Origin: Candidatus Iainarchaeum sp.
Lineage (GTDB): Archaea > Iainarchaeota > Iainarchaeia > Iainarchaeales > JAXPJC01
Reading direction: 5' to 3'
DNA length: 64,000 nucleotides
Assembly (NCBI GenBank): GCA_016187745.1
Contig: JACPJC010000001.1
Span: 29,571-93,570 of the forward strand
The position numbers and the translations under genes are program-made. The first letter of the stretch is position 1; every line of letters begins with the position of its first letter. Below, in pieces: positions 26,122 through 35,233 of this stretch. Under the pieces are notes generated by a model that was given only the letters and a program-made list of their open reading frames with translations, made no database searches and had not been told where the DNA came from.

Positions 26122-26847
26122 GTGAATGAATTATTTACAGAAGAGATTATTGGAAGCTGCAAAAAGGTGCAAAAACAAATGCCGATTACAAGACCGGAGA
26201 TAATTAAGCAACGACGAGAACCATTAAACAGAGAATTGGGAAGAAATAAAGCATTTATTGCGCAAACAGCACAAACAGAAAAGCCTTTTTCTAAAAAAGT
26301 AGCAGATCTTATCAAGTTAACAACAAGCCCCCATGAAAATAAGCGCCATTATGCAATTGAAGAATTAGGCAAGTTGAGAGACCCAAGGCTTGCTAAACTA
26401 TTTTTGCGTCTAACTGCAGATCGCAATATATATTCAAGCGTATCTTCACAAGCGGTAATTGCTTTGGCAAAATTAGGATATCCCAAAACACCAATAATAG
26501 CAAATAGGGTGGCTAAGATTGTAAGTCGTGCTGGACATAAATTTTCATTTTATACGTTAGAGCAAATTTATGAAGGCATTGCTAATGCAAAAGGCGGCCA
26601 TATCCGCAATTTATTTTCCATTGCAGAAACTAGGTTAAAATATCTGCCGGAGGATAAGAGGGCAGTTTTTAAGGCTGCAATTGCTCTTGGCAAAGTTCCA
26701 CAAGAACAAGTGGAACCTCCGAAAGGAACACATTTTTGGGATGAGGAGTCCGCGAAAAAAGGAAAAATTGAGTTATTGTTTTATGATTGGGAAAACGCCG
26801 CAAAGACTTACACAAATGAGCAATTAATAAAGAGGTTTAATTTTTAA
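26122..26847 (+). CDS. HEAT/PBS-lyase-type repeat protein
   Basis: 241 aa. ENKRHYAIEELGKLRDPRLAKLFLRLTADRNIYSSVSSQAVIALAKLG matches the HEAT-like repeat consensus. Lies inside the DR-flanked insertion. Confidence 0.55.
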   Translation: MNELFTEEIIGSCKKVQKQMPITRPEIIKQRREPLNRELGRNKAFIAQTAQTEKPFSKKVADLIKLTTSPHENKRHYAIEELGKLRDPRLAKLFLRLTADRNIYSSVSSQAVIALAKLGYPKTPIIANRVAKIVSRAGHKFSFYTLEQIYEGIANAKGGHIRNLFSIAETRLKYLPEDKRAVFKAAIALGKVPQEQVEPPKGTHFWDEESAKKGKIELLFYDWENAAKTYTNEQLIKRFNF

Positions 26848-27336
26848 ATGCAGCTTACTTCAAGACGAAACCCTTACAAAATTCCAAGGGCGCTTTATTC
26901 TGAGAAGTATAATGAATTGCCGCTTAAACAACAGAGGGCGGTACTCAGAACTCTGCATAAAACTCACAAGGGACTCTATCTCAGGGCGCATAATCTTGGC
27001 AAAGGAATTGAAAACCTCAATGAGGAGATTGCCAAGCTTAAGACGACAGGCCTATTGCCTGTTGGGCAGAAAGATCGCGCACAGTATATGCAACAGCTAG
27101 AACAAGGGACGAGTCAGATTTTTGAAAGTAAAAAAATTCTTGCCTCAGAACTTAAAAAATTTGTTGCATATGCCAAACCATATTTTGGAGAATTCAATCC
27201 ATTGGAATTTAGGTCAACTCCTAAGGCTGAAAATTATATAGAAAGAATGGTATATGAGACGGCAGGAGAAATTAGATACCTTACAGAGATTTATTATAGA
27301 GCACTAAATAATTTACGATTATTGAAGCCAAGATAA
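26848..27336 (+). CDS. Hypothetical protein
   Basis: 162 aa; its ATG overlaps the stop of the HEAT-repeat gene (TAAATG). Lies inside the DR-flanked insertion. Confidence 0.5.
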   Translation: MQLTSRRNPYKIPRALYSEKYNELPLKQQRAVLRTLHKTHKGLYLRAHNLGKGIENLNEEIAKLKTTGLLPVGQKDRAQYMQQLEQGTSQIFESKKILASELKKFVAYAKPYFGEFNPLEFRSTPKAENYIERMVYETAGEIRYLTEIYYRALNNLRLLKPR

Positions 27337-27348
27337 AAATAATATTCA

Positions 27349-28281
27349 CTATTCTTCCTTCAGATTGCGCAGATACTCATAGGCTGAAGTTGCGGCAATC
27401 GCGCCGCGAGAAACCGCAGTTGTGAACTGGCGCAGGCCTCCGCAAACATCGCCTGCGGCAAAAATCCCGGGAAGGGAGGTCCTGCAGTGCTCGTCAATTT
27501 TTATATATCCCCTTTCATCAATCCGCACGCCAATATGCTTTGCAAGCCCCGCATTCGGGCACAGGCCGGCATAAATGAAAACCCCGTCAACCGGAATTTC
27601 GGAAATTTCATTCGTCTTTTTGTTTTTTATCATTATTTTTTCCACATTCCCGTTTCCTGAAATCTCAGCCACTTCGGAATCCAGGATAATTTTTATGTTT
27701 GGAGCCTTTTCTATCCTGTGCAAATAGATTTTTTCAGCGCTGATTTCGCCCATGTTGTGTATGATGCTAACTTCCCTGCATATTTCGCTGAGATAAATTG
27801 CGGCGCTTACCCCTGAATTGCCCGCCCCAACAACTGCAACTCTTTTTCCTGCAAAGAACGCGCCGTCGCACACAACGCAATAGCTCACTCCGCTGCCGAG
27901 AAGTTCGGATTCCCCCGGCACATTCAACTTTGCATATTCCGTTCCAGTTGCAAGCACTACCGCCCTTGATTTTATGCGCGCGCCGTCGGCAAACAAAATC
28001 TCAAATTCTTTTCCATTTTTATTTATCCCTTTAACTTCCTTCCCCTTCTCAACATCAACATCCAGGTGCCTGAGCTGCGCATCAAAATTCCCGCACAAAT
28101 TGCTTCCGGAAATGCTCGCAAATCCCGGGAAATTCTCAATCAGCACAATATTGCATGCCTGCCCGCCGATTTCCGCATTCCTCTCATATAATTTCACATT
28201 CAGCCCGCGGCGCTTTGCGTATATTGCTGCAGAAATTCCCGCGGCTCCGCTTCCGATAATTGCGAGGTCTATTGTCTGCAT
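27349..28281 (-). CDS. trxB: Thioredoxin-disulfide reductase
   Basis: 310 aa. FAD site IIGSGAAGISAAIYA, redox CVVCDG, NADPH site VVGAGNSG. Confidence 0.9.
   Translation of the reverse strand: MQTIDLAIIGSGAAGISAAIYAKRRGLNVKLYERNAEIGGQACNIVLIENFPGFASISGSNLCGNFDAQLRHLDVDVEKGKEVKGINKNGKEFEILFADGARIKSRAVVLATGTEYAKLNVPGESELLGSGVSYCVVCDGAFFAGKRVAVVGAGNSGVSAAIYLSEICREVSIIHNMGEISAEKIYLHRIEKAPNIKIILDSEVAEISGNGNVEKIMIKNKKTNEISEIPVDGVFIYAGLCPNAGLAKHIGVRIDERGYIKIDEHCRTSLPGIFAAGDVCGGLRQFTTAVSRGAIAATSAYEYLRNLKEE
27350..27399. repeat. Direct repeat: authentic 3' end of trxB (right flank of the insertion)
   Basis: See 26053..26102. Confidence 0.8.
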
Positions 28282-28397
28282 GTTTATTCACTAATAAAAG
28301 AAATAGAAAAGATATAAAAGCTAATTAGGGCGATATAGCGGCGCCAATAGTTTAAAAAACACAGGAAGAATATATCATAACTAACCATTGAACTATT

Positions 28398-28913
28398 TTG
28401 GGGAGACAAATGATTGTTATTGTAATGGGCGTTACCGGATCAGGCAAAACAACCATAGGCAAAATGCTTGCTGAAGAGCTCGGATGGGGCTTCTATGAAG
28501 GGGATGAATTCCACCCTGCAGGCAATGTTGACAGAATGAAGAAAGGAATCCCGTTAAACGATAACGACAGAACGCCCTGGCTGAATACAATTAGGAAATT
28601 AATTATGAAATGTATTAAAGAAAAAGAAAATGCAATAATAACCTGCTCGGCTTTAAAGGAGTCTTACCGTAATTTATTAATGACGGATGATAAAGAGATA
28701 AAATTAGTATATCTTAAGGGGGATTTCAATGTGATTCAGAAAAGATTAAAGAATAAAAACCGTAAAAACCACTTTATGAATCCAAATCTGTTGAAAAGCC
28801 AATTTGATGCCCTTGAAGAGCCCAAAAATGCATTAGAGGTAGACATTTCCAAAAAGCCGAAGATTATTGCCGAATCCATTAAATCAGAATTAACTTTGCT
28901 GCTTTGCGCCTGA
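28398..28913 (+). CDS. gntK: Gluconokinase-like P-loop kinase
   Basis: 171 aa. GVTGSGKTTIG...GWGFYEGDEFHPAGNVDRMKKGIPLNDNDRTPWL matches the GntK signature (GDxxHP..N..KM..G.PL.D.DR.PWL). Confidence 0.75.
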   Translation: MGRQMIVIVMGVTGSGKTTIGKMLAEELGWGFYEGDEFHPAGNVDRMKKGIPLNDNDRTPWLNTIRKLIMKCIKEKENAIITCSALKESYRNLLMTDDKEIKLVYLKGDFNVIQKRLKNKNRKNHFMNPNLLKSQFDALEEPKNALEVDISKKPKIIAESIKSELTLLLCA

Positions 28914-30419
28914 GGCAAGCGCCTGCGCTTCCATGTCTCCGGAAATGAAGTGCTTGACGCCTTTTCTGAATATGTAGAGCAGGGCAATCACCGCAGCAAT
29001 AATTATGCCAAGGACAATGTCGCCCGCGCCTACGGCAAGCCCTGCAAAGCTGAGCGCGCCCGCAGGAACATTTATTGTTTTTGAAGCGAATTTCTTCCCT
29101 GAGGCAATCACATCAAAGCTCACATCCCCCGAAGCAACCTTGGGCTTTGTGACTTTCATTTCCACTACAATTTCCTCCCCGGGAGCAATGTTGAAATGGT
29201 TTGGGGAAAATTCCGCTGAGAACTCAGGCGGCATTGCTGTTATGTCAAAATGCACATCAGTAAGTGTTTCTGCAGTTGTGTTTTTTATCGGCTGCCTTAT
29301 TGCAACTGTTTCAATGCCTGAAACCTCAGGCTCTGCAGGCGCAGCGATTGGCGCAGCTGCTTCCCTTACTTCAACAGTGAATTCCACTACCCTGCTGATT
29401 TCCCCATTGAAATAAATTCTCGCGGGGTAAATTCCGGGAAGCGCGCCCTGCGCAGCCCTAATAGTGAATGGAAGGCTTGAGCTCTCCCCTGCGCCAATAT
29501 CTATTGCATTTGATTTAAGCTGTATCAGCTCCGAGCTTGAAGTCAGGGCAAAATGAAGCGCGTCATATCCTGTGTTTGTTATAAGCACTGAGGAATTGCT
29601 GTCAGTTCCTGAATTCAGCGCATAAACCGCATATGGCACGTCTATTTTTGCATCATAGAGCGGCTTTGCAAGGATTGCAATTTCGCCAAGGTTGAACTGC
29701 AGGTTTGTCGCAAGGTCAAGCAGCGCAATTCCAATTCCATAATTTCCCGGCTGCAGGCCTGAATTGCTTTTTGCATTTATATATATGCTGTACGTGCAGT
29801 TCATGCACACATTGTATGCAATCAGGGGATTTGCGCTCAGATCAATTCCTTCCGGGACATTGAAAAACACCACATTGAAGTCCGAGGCGCTTCCTGAATT
29901 CCTGAAGCTCACAATTGTGCTTTCATTGTCATTCTTTGCCATTATCAGCGCAGGATTGCTGAATTTCACTGCCGAAATGATTGGGGAAATATTCGAATTT
30001 GCGCTTGTTGTGTAAAGGTAGTCTGAGGATTCTGAAACTTCCACAACAATTACCCCGCTTGCGCTCCTTTCCCTCCCGAATTCATCAGCCGCCTTTATTT
30101 TCATCTCAAGGTTGTAGATTCCCGGAAACGCGTCTTCGGCAACCTCAATGCCATAATCAAATGTGTAGGAATCCTGCATCTTTATGGGGGAAAAGTCCCC
30201 AACGAGCTGCACCTTTGGATAATCCCCGGCTTCAGTATAAACAGTTGTAAGCTGATTTGCGCCTTCCACTCCATAAGTTGCGCTAATCGGATAAGTGCTG
30301 CCCTGCTGCATCTCAACCCTGGCGGGGCTTACTTCCATGCTCAGGTAGAGGGCGTTTGCCGTGCCAGCATAGATTATGAGCGCAATGCCGACAAATGCGA
30401 AAAACAATTTGAAGGTCAT
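28890..30419 (-). CDS. Cell-surface protein with a signal peptide and a C-terminal TM anchor
   Basis: 509 aa. Signal peptide MTFKLFFAFVGIALIIYAGTANA, many N-x-S/T sequons, and a C-terminal LGIIIAAVIALLYIFRKGVKH anchor. Confidence 0.65.
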   Translation of the reverse strand: MTFKLFFAFVGIALIIYAGTANALYLSMEVSPARVEMQQGSTYPISATYGVEGANQLTTVYTEAGDYPKVQLVGDFSPIKMQDSYTFDYGIEVAEDAFPGIYNLEMKIKAADEFGRERSASGVIVVEVSESSDYLYTTSANSNISPIISAVKFSNPALIMAKNDNESTIVSFRNSGSASDFNVVFFNVPEGIDLSANPLIAYNVCMNCTYSIYINAKSNSGLQPGNYGIGIALLDLATNLQFNLGEIAILAKPLYDAKIDVPYAVYALNSGTDSNSSVLITNTGYDALHFALTSSSELIQLKSNAIDIGAGESSSLPFTIRAAQGALPGIYPARIYFNGEISRVVEFTVEVREAAAPIAAPAEPEVSGIETVAIRQPIKNTTAETLTDVHFDITAMPPEFSAEFSPNHFNIAPGEEIVVEMKVTKPKVASGDVSFDVIASGKKFASKTINVPAGALSFAGLAVGAGDIVLGIIIAAVIALLYIFRKGVKHFISGDMEAQALASGAKQQS

Positions 30420-30504
30420 TTAATTCACTCCATAACGTTAATACATATATACTATGGTTTCCGGCATTTATAAGGCTTTCCTATCTGAAAAAAATCAGGC
30501 AAAT

Positions 30505-33500
30505 TCAGCGCTTTTGCGCGTGGAAAAAAGGCCTTGAAGGCATCCTTTGCTTTGAGAGCCTGAGGGCAAGGGCAAACGCAATAATGATAACAAGAGCCAG
30601 CAGGCCCAATCCCAGTGAAGGGCCCAAAGCAAACAATCCCACAAGCGCGCCCTCAGGGGATTCCTTTCCCGCGGCGGATTCCCTTACATAGAGAACCATG
30701 GGCTTTTCCGAAACATACTTGTCGCTTGCGGCCCTGAGCGTCAATCCCCAATCCCCAATTCCCGCATTTGATGCGAGTTTTATTGTTCCAATTGCGGTAA
30801 TTGTTGAATTCGCATCAACGTTCCCTGTGTCTATCGAATTAAAGTAAATGTTGCCCGGCAATCCCTCTATTGAAATGCTGATGTTTGTTATTTTCTCGTT
30901 TGTCGGGTTTGTTATTATGAATGTGAGCTGCTGCTCCGCGCCCTGGTTCAAATCAATTACTTGCGGATAGCTCTCAATGCGCAATACATTCTCCTGCAGT
31001 ATCCTCTCCGAAACAACTTCAAATGCAATGGCAATCTCCTTTGTTGCGTATGCGCCTGATGCTTTGAGCGTTATGCTTTTTGCCCCGGCATTTGCGTCCG
31101 CTGAAACATCAATCTTTATGCTAACCTGCTTGGAGTTTCCCGCATTCAGGTATATGTTTGAGTCTGAAAGCGCAGCGCTTATTCCGTCATAGCCCTCTGA
31201 AACCGAGAGCGTGTAATCCTCGCCGTAATCCCCTATGTTCTTAACAAGCGCGTAAAGCTCATCGGCAGAATTGCGCTTTATCTGCAGGCCGGGGTTCAGT
31301 GCGCTTAATTCCGTTGCGTGCGCATTTGCGACATTTATGCACACTATCCTTTTCGCATAGGATTCCGCATCATAGGCAAACAATTCAATGTTATGGGTTC
31401 CTGCAGAACTCCCAAGCAGAGTTGTTATTTTGACTGAATTTGAGTATGTTGAGCCGCCCTCAATTGAGAATGCGGAAGTTTTCACTTCGGAAATAAGGTC
31501 CCCGTCCGCGGTCGCATTTATTGAAAGTTTTTCATCGGAGATGTTCCCTACGCTGAACGGAATTTCCATTGAGGAGTTCTTGTTCATGTCAATGCATCCG
31601 GCATTCACATCAAGCGTGAATTCCGCAGCCTGCGTTTCAGCGCAGTCAATCACATTGAAATATATGTCCTCCCTAACGGAGTTGTTTCCCAGAAGCGCGG
31701 TTGCCGCAATCTTGTAATTGTCAGCGATTTTTGTTGTTGAATTTGTCCTTATTGCAAGTTCCGCATACTGCTGGCTGCCTGTTGGCAGCAATAAATTGTC
31801 AGGCGAAAAATACGGAAGGAACATTTCGGATTCCGCCTTGAGCACAATCGCATTCTGGTCATAGTAGTTGTTTTTCAGGAGCACGTTTATTTTTCCTGTA
31901 GAGCCCCTGCATATGCTTGCTGTGCTTGCGCTCAATTCAACTGCGGGAGTCTGCTCGATTCTAACCCCGATAATGCTTGAAACGCTTTCTGTTGCCGAGG
32001 CGGAATAGGTTGCGGTAAATGTCGCGCTATAGCCCCCATAAACTGCATCGCTCGTTGCGCTTATTCCCAAAGAAACAGTGCTCTGCTCATTTCCGTTAAG
32101 GCACAGGGATGATGTATTAAGGGCTGTTTTCACATACGGGCTGCTTGAGCTTGCGCTAAAGGTCATGCATATTTTGGAACTGGAAGTGTTTTTTACCGTG
32201 AAGCCCGCGCTTTCATTATCCCCCTTGTCAAGCTCATAATTTATGAATATCGCATCCAGGTCTATTTTTGTGAGGCTTTCCTTTATATTAATGTAATAAT
32301 TATAGGGTTCGCGGTTTGCGCCGTAATCAAGGTTCAATGTTATGCCGTATTTTCCGACTGCGGCAGAATCCCCTGCGCTTACAGCCAATGATACCGCTGT
32401 TGAGGAATTCGCATCAATGCAGGGGTTGTTGGGGGAAGCGCTTGCCGAAATTGCGGAATCCGTGCTCTGCGCAGTTATCAGCGGGCATATCTGCGACGCC
32501 GAGTTGTTCTTTATTGTCACGCTTGCGCCTGACTGCTCCCCAATCTCAACATCAAGTTCTGAAGGTGAGAACTGCACTGAAAAATTTCCGATTACATTCA
32601 CATTGAAGCTTGCATTTGCATAAAAGCCCCCGGAGTCAGTAACCCTCACAGTTACGGTATTCGTTCCCAGGGAATTTGCATCCGGCGCAGCGCAGCTCAC
32701 ATTCTGGTTCGAGGTTATTGAGCAGTTCAGCAGATTTGAATCGCTCTGCGAAACAATTGTGAATGCCAATTGCGCGTCTGCGCTTTCCGCATCGCTAGCA
32801 TATGCCCATAAATCAATCAAATTCGCCTGCGCGCCTGAATTGACTAAAACATTCCTGTCGGGCAGCGCAGAAATCTGCGGGGCGGTATTCGCAAGGACAG
32901 TGAAGCTCCAGCCCGCGCTTGAGTAATTGCCAAGGGAATCAGAAGCAGTAATTGCCGCATCAACCTGCTGATTGTAGGCAAATTGCGCGCTTGGGGTAAA
33001 TGTAACAGCGCCATTGTTATAGCTCAACTGGGAATTTGCAAGAGTGTAATCGATCCCTTCAACAGCCATTGTGATGGAATTTATATTGATGCCTGAAGCA
33101 TCGCTCAATTGCGCGCTTATGGGCTGCATCAGGTTAGTGCTTATTGACCCGTTTGCGGGATTAAAGTTTGCTATTGCCGGCCCTGTGTTGTCAATGGCAA
33201 AATTGCCGTCGCTGTAGCCGGTTATTGTTTCATAGCCGATTATTCCATCGCCCATATCAACAGTGCCGGTAATGCTCACATCAAGGAAGTAATTGCCGTC
33301 TGCGAAGCCGCCTGTTGATGAATAGGAAGAGCATGCAAACGAATTTCCTGAACTGTCGCAGTTGGATGGGTCATACATGTCAAAATCTGAAAACACTACA
33401 TAGCTGTAGCCGTTGCTGATGTTTGCATCATTGTCAAGGTAAATGCCCGCCCCGTTCAAATTAGGCCCTATGCCTTCGGATGTGAAGTATGCGGAAAGGC

Positions 33501-34419
33501 TGCTGCTGAAATATATCCCCGAATAGGGATAATCAACCTGCACGCTCTGCGCATTTGCTGAAGCGAGCATGAAAATTGCAAGGAACAAAATTGCGGCATA
33601 GTGGATTTTCTTCCCCTGCGCCCTGTGCACAAACCTCGCAATGAAGGAAATCAGCAGAAGCGCCGCAACTATTGCAAGCAGTATGTCAAGCGCAAGCTCC
33701 GGGCTTATTTTCGGGAAAAGCGCAGCAAATCCCGCAATAGCGCCCTTGGCATCGTATTTCAGCGCAATCCTCTCGGAATGCCCGAAGCCAAGCGCGGAGA
33801 ATTTCAGCATTGCATTCCCGTCAAATGAGCTAGCAGGCCTGAGAAGTATTGTCTGGGTTCTTGTTTCAAGCGCAGGAATCTTCAATTTGAATGTTTTCGG
33901 GCTCACATTCCAGTCCGAGGGAATGCCTTCAATCCCTGAAAATTCCAATTCCATATCCTGGACTGTTTTGTTGTATGCGGTAACATCAATCCAGAATGTG
34001 TTTTCGTCCCTGCCAACATTATAATTCGAATTCAGTGTAACCTTTGCCGGGAAATCATCAAGCGCATAGAATTTAAGGGTTATTTCCCTTGTTTCAATAT
34101 TGCTGCCAAGGGAAACCTGCAGGTTCGCCTTCTGCTGTATTCCCACAAATTCAGTTTTCGGGTAAAGCAGCATTTTTATTCCGGCGGATTTGTTCGCGTC
34201 AATTGAAGCCGGAAGCGCGCCTTCAATCTCATAATCAATCGGCGCAAAGAGCTTCACTCCCAGCGTTTGCGCAGTTGCATAATTGTTTGTTACTGTAAGT
34301 GTAAGCTCTTCAGGCATCTGGTTGAACTGCACTACGTTGTTAACTGAAATCGCAGCGCTTGCGCTCAGCGCCAGCAATAGCGCAAAAAGCAATACTGCAA
34401 TAATCCTTACCCCGAACAT
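30505..34419 (-). CDS. Large cell-surface protein: apparently two secreted modules in one frame, each with a signal peptide and a C-terminal TM anchor
   Basis: 1304-aa ORF.
- Signal peptide MFGVRIIAVLLFALLLALSASAA.
- TM anchor plus basic stop-transfer at aa ~245-270 (ILLAIVAALLLISFIARFVHRAQGKK).
- Immediately after it, a second signal-peptide-like segment IHYAAILFLAIFMLASANAQS.
- Final C-terminal anchor LLALVIIIAFALALRLSKQR.
- Abundant N-glycosylation sequons. Confidence 0.7.
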   Translation of the reverse strand: MFGVRIIAVLLFALLLALSASAAISVNNVVQFNQMPEELTLTVTNNYATAQTLGVKLFAPIDYEIEGALPASIDANKSAGIKMLLYPKTEFVGIQQKANLQVSLGSNIETREITLKFYALDDFPAKVTLNSNYNVGRDENTFWIDVTAYNKTVQDMELEFSGIEGIPSDWNVSPKTFKLKIPALETRTQTILLRPASSFDGNAMLKFSALGFGHSERIALKYDAKGAIAGFAALFPKISPELALDILLAIVAALLLISFIARFVHRAQGKKIHYAAILFLAIFMLASANAQSVQVDYPYSGIYFSSSLSAYFTSEGIGPNLNGAGIYLDNDANISNGYSYVVFSDFDMYDPSNCDSSGNSFACSSYSSTGGFADGNYFLDVSITGTVDMGDGIIGYETITGYSDGNFAIDNTGPAIANFNPANGSISTNLMQPISAQLSDASGININSITMAVEGIDYTLANSQLSYNNGAVTFTPSAQFAYNQQVDAAITASDSLGNYSSAGWSFTVLANTAPQISALPDRNVLVNSGAQANLIDLWAYASDAESADAQLAFTIVSQSDSNLLNCSITSNQNVSCAAPDANSLGTNTVTVRVTDSGGFYANASFNVNVIGNFSVQFSPSELDVEIGEQSGASVTIKNNSASQICPLITAQSTDSAISASASPNNPCIDANSSTAVSLAVSAGDSAAVGKYGITLNLDYGANREPYNYYINIKESLTKIDLDAIFINYELDKGDNESAGFTVKNTSSSKICMTFSASSSSPYVKTALNTSSLCLNGNEQSTVSLGISATSDAVYGGYSATFTATYSASATESVSSIIGVRIEQTPAVELSASTASICRGSTGKINVLLKNNYYDQNAIVLKAESEMFLPYFSPDNLLLPTGSQQYAELAIRTNSTTKIADNYKIAATALLGNNSVREDIYFNVIDCAETQAAEFTLDVNAGCIDMNKNSSMEIPFSVGNISDEKLSINATADGDLISEVKTSAFSIEGGSTYSNSVKITTLLGSSAGTHNIELFAYDAESYAKRIVCINVANAHATELSALNPGLQIKRNSADELYALVKNIGDYGEDYTLSVSEGYDGISAALSDSNIYLNAGNSKQVSIKIDVSADANAGAKSITLKASGAYATKEIAIAFEVVSERILQENVLRIESYPQVIDLNQGAEQQLTFIITNPTNEKITNISISIEGLPGNIYFNSIDTGNVDANSTITAIGTIKLASNAGIGDWGLTLRAASDKYVSEKPMVLYVRESAAGKESPEGALVGLFALGPSLGLGLLALVIIIAFALALRLSKQRMPSRPFFHAQKR

Positions 34420-34510
34420 AAGCTCACAATTAACTGATTAACATTAATTAAGTATAATAATTAGCAGTCAAAGTTGTATATAAACCCTGCTGTTTTGGCA
34501 AGCCAGGGGG

Positions 34511-35104
34511 CTAAGGGCGCTTCCCCGCCACAATCGCGCCTAGGAGGTCGGTTTTTGTTATGATTCCCGCGATTCCGCCGTGCTTTGCGACCAGGACAGC
34601 AGGATAATGCTCGAGCATTGCGGCTATCATCTCCTGCGGCGAATTTTCCTGTATCATGGGCGGGGAATCCTCCATTATCTGCCTTACCGGAAGCTCGGCA
34701 ATGCTCTTTTGCCTGCCGGAGTAATCCTGCCCTGTTTCAATTATCCTTTTTTCCGAAATCATCCCCACCACTTTTCCGGAATCAACAACAGGCAGCTGGC
34801 TTATGCTGTGCCTGCGCATTATGATTATTACATTCTTTATTCTCTCATTTGCCTTCACATCTATTACGTGCTTATGCATTATGTCCTTCGCTGTTTTCAC
34901 ATCCGTGCGCTTTGCGGAATCAAGCGCATTCAGAATCTTCTTCGCATTCCCATAGCCGGGAACGAGATTTCCGGATTCTATTTTTGCAATGAGCGACTGG
35001 GAAACGCCCGCAAGCTTCGCCAGTCCGGTTTGCGTCAGCCCCAGATGCATGCGCCTTAATTTTATCTCATCCAGCTCGGGAAGCATGTTCTGATTATGTA
35101 CCAA
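34511..35104 (-). CDS. HTH (XRE-type) + tandem CBS domain transcriptional regulator
   Basis: 197 aa. HTH LTQTGLAKLAGVSQSLIAKIESG, followed by two CBS motifs (MHKHVIDV..., IMEDSPPMIQ...). Divergent from metK. Confidence 0.75.
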   Translation of the reverse strand: MVHNQNMLPELDEIKLRRMHLGLTQTGLAKLAGVSQSLIAKIESGNLVPGYGNAKKILNALDSAKRTDVKTAKDIMHKHVIDVKANERIKNVIIIMRRHSISQLPVVDSGKVVGMISEKRIIETGQDYSGRQKSIAELPVRQIMEDSPPMIQENSPQEMIAAMLEHYPAVLVAKHGGIAGIITKTDLLGAIVAGKRP

Positions 35105-35233
35105 AACCCTTTTAATTATTATTCTTAAAGGAATAATTCTTGCAAATAATTATTATTTATAAATATTTTGAACTTCCCTAATACTGTAAATTATCAAATA
35201 TTTCAAATCAATAAAAAAGGAGTTGATTGAAAA

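Noticed and set aside
26052-26315. 87-aa minus-strand ORF ending ...SAYEYLRNLEEE*
   Set aside because: It is the displaced partial copy of the trxB 3' end read through into unrelated insertion sequence, not an independent gene. It is reported instead as the left repeat of the insertion.
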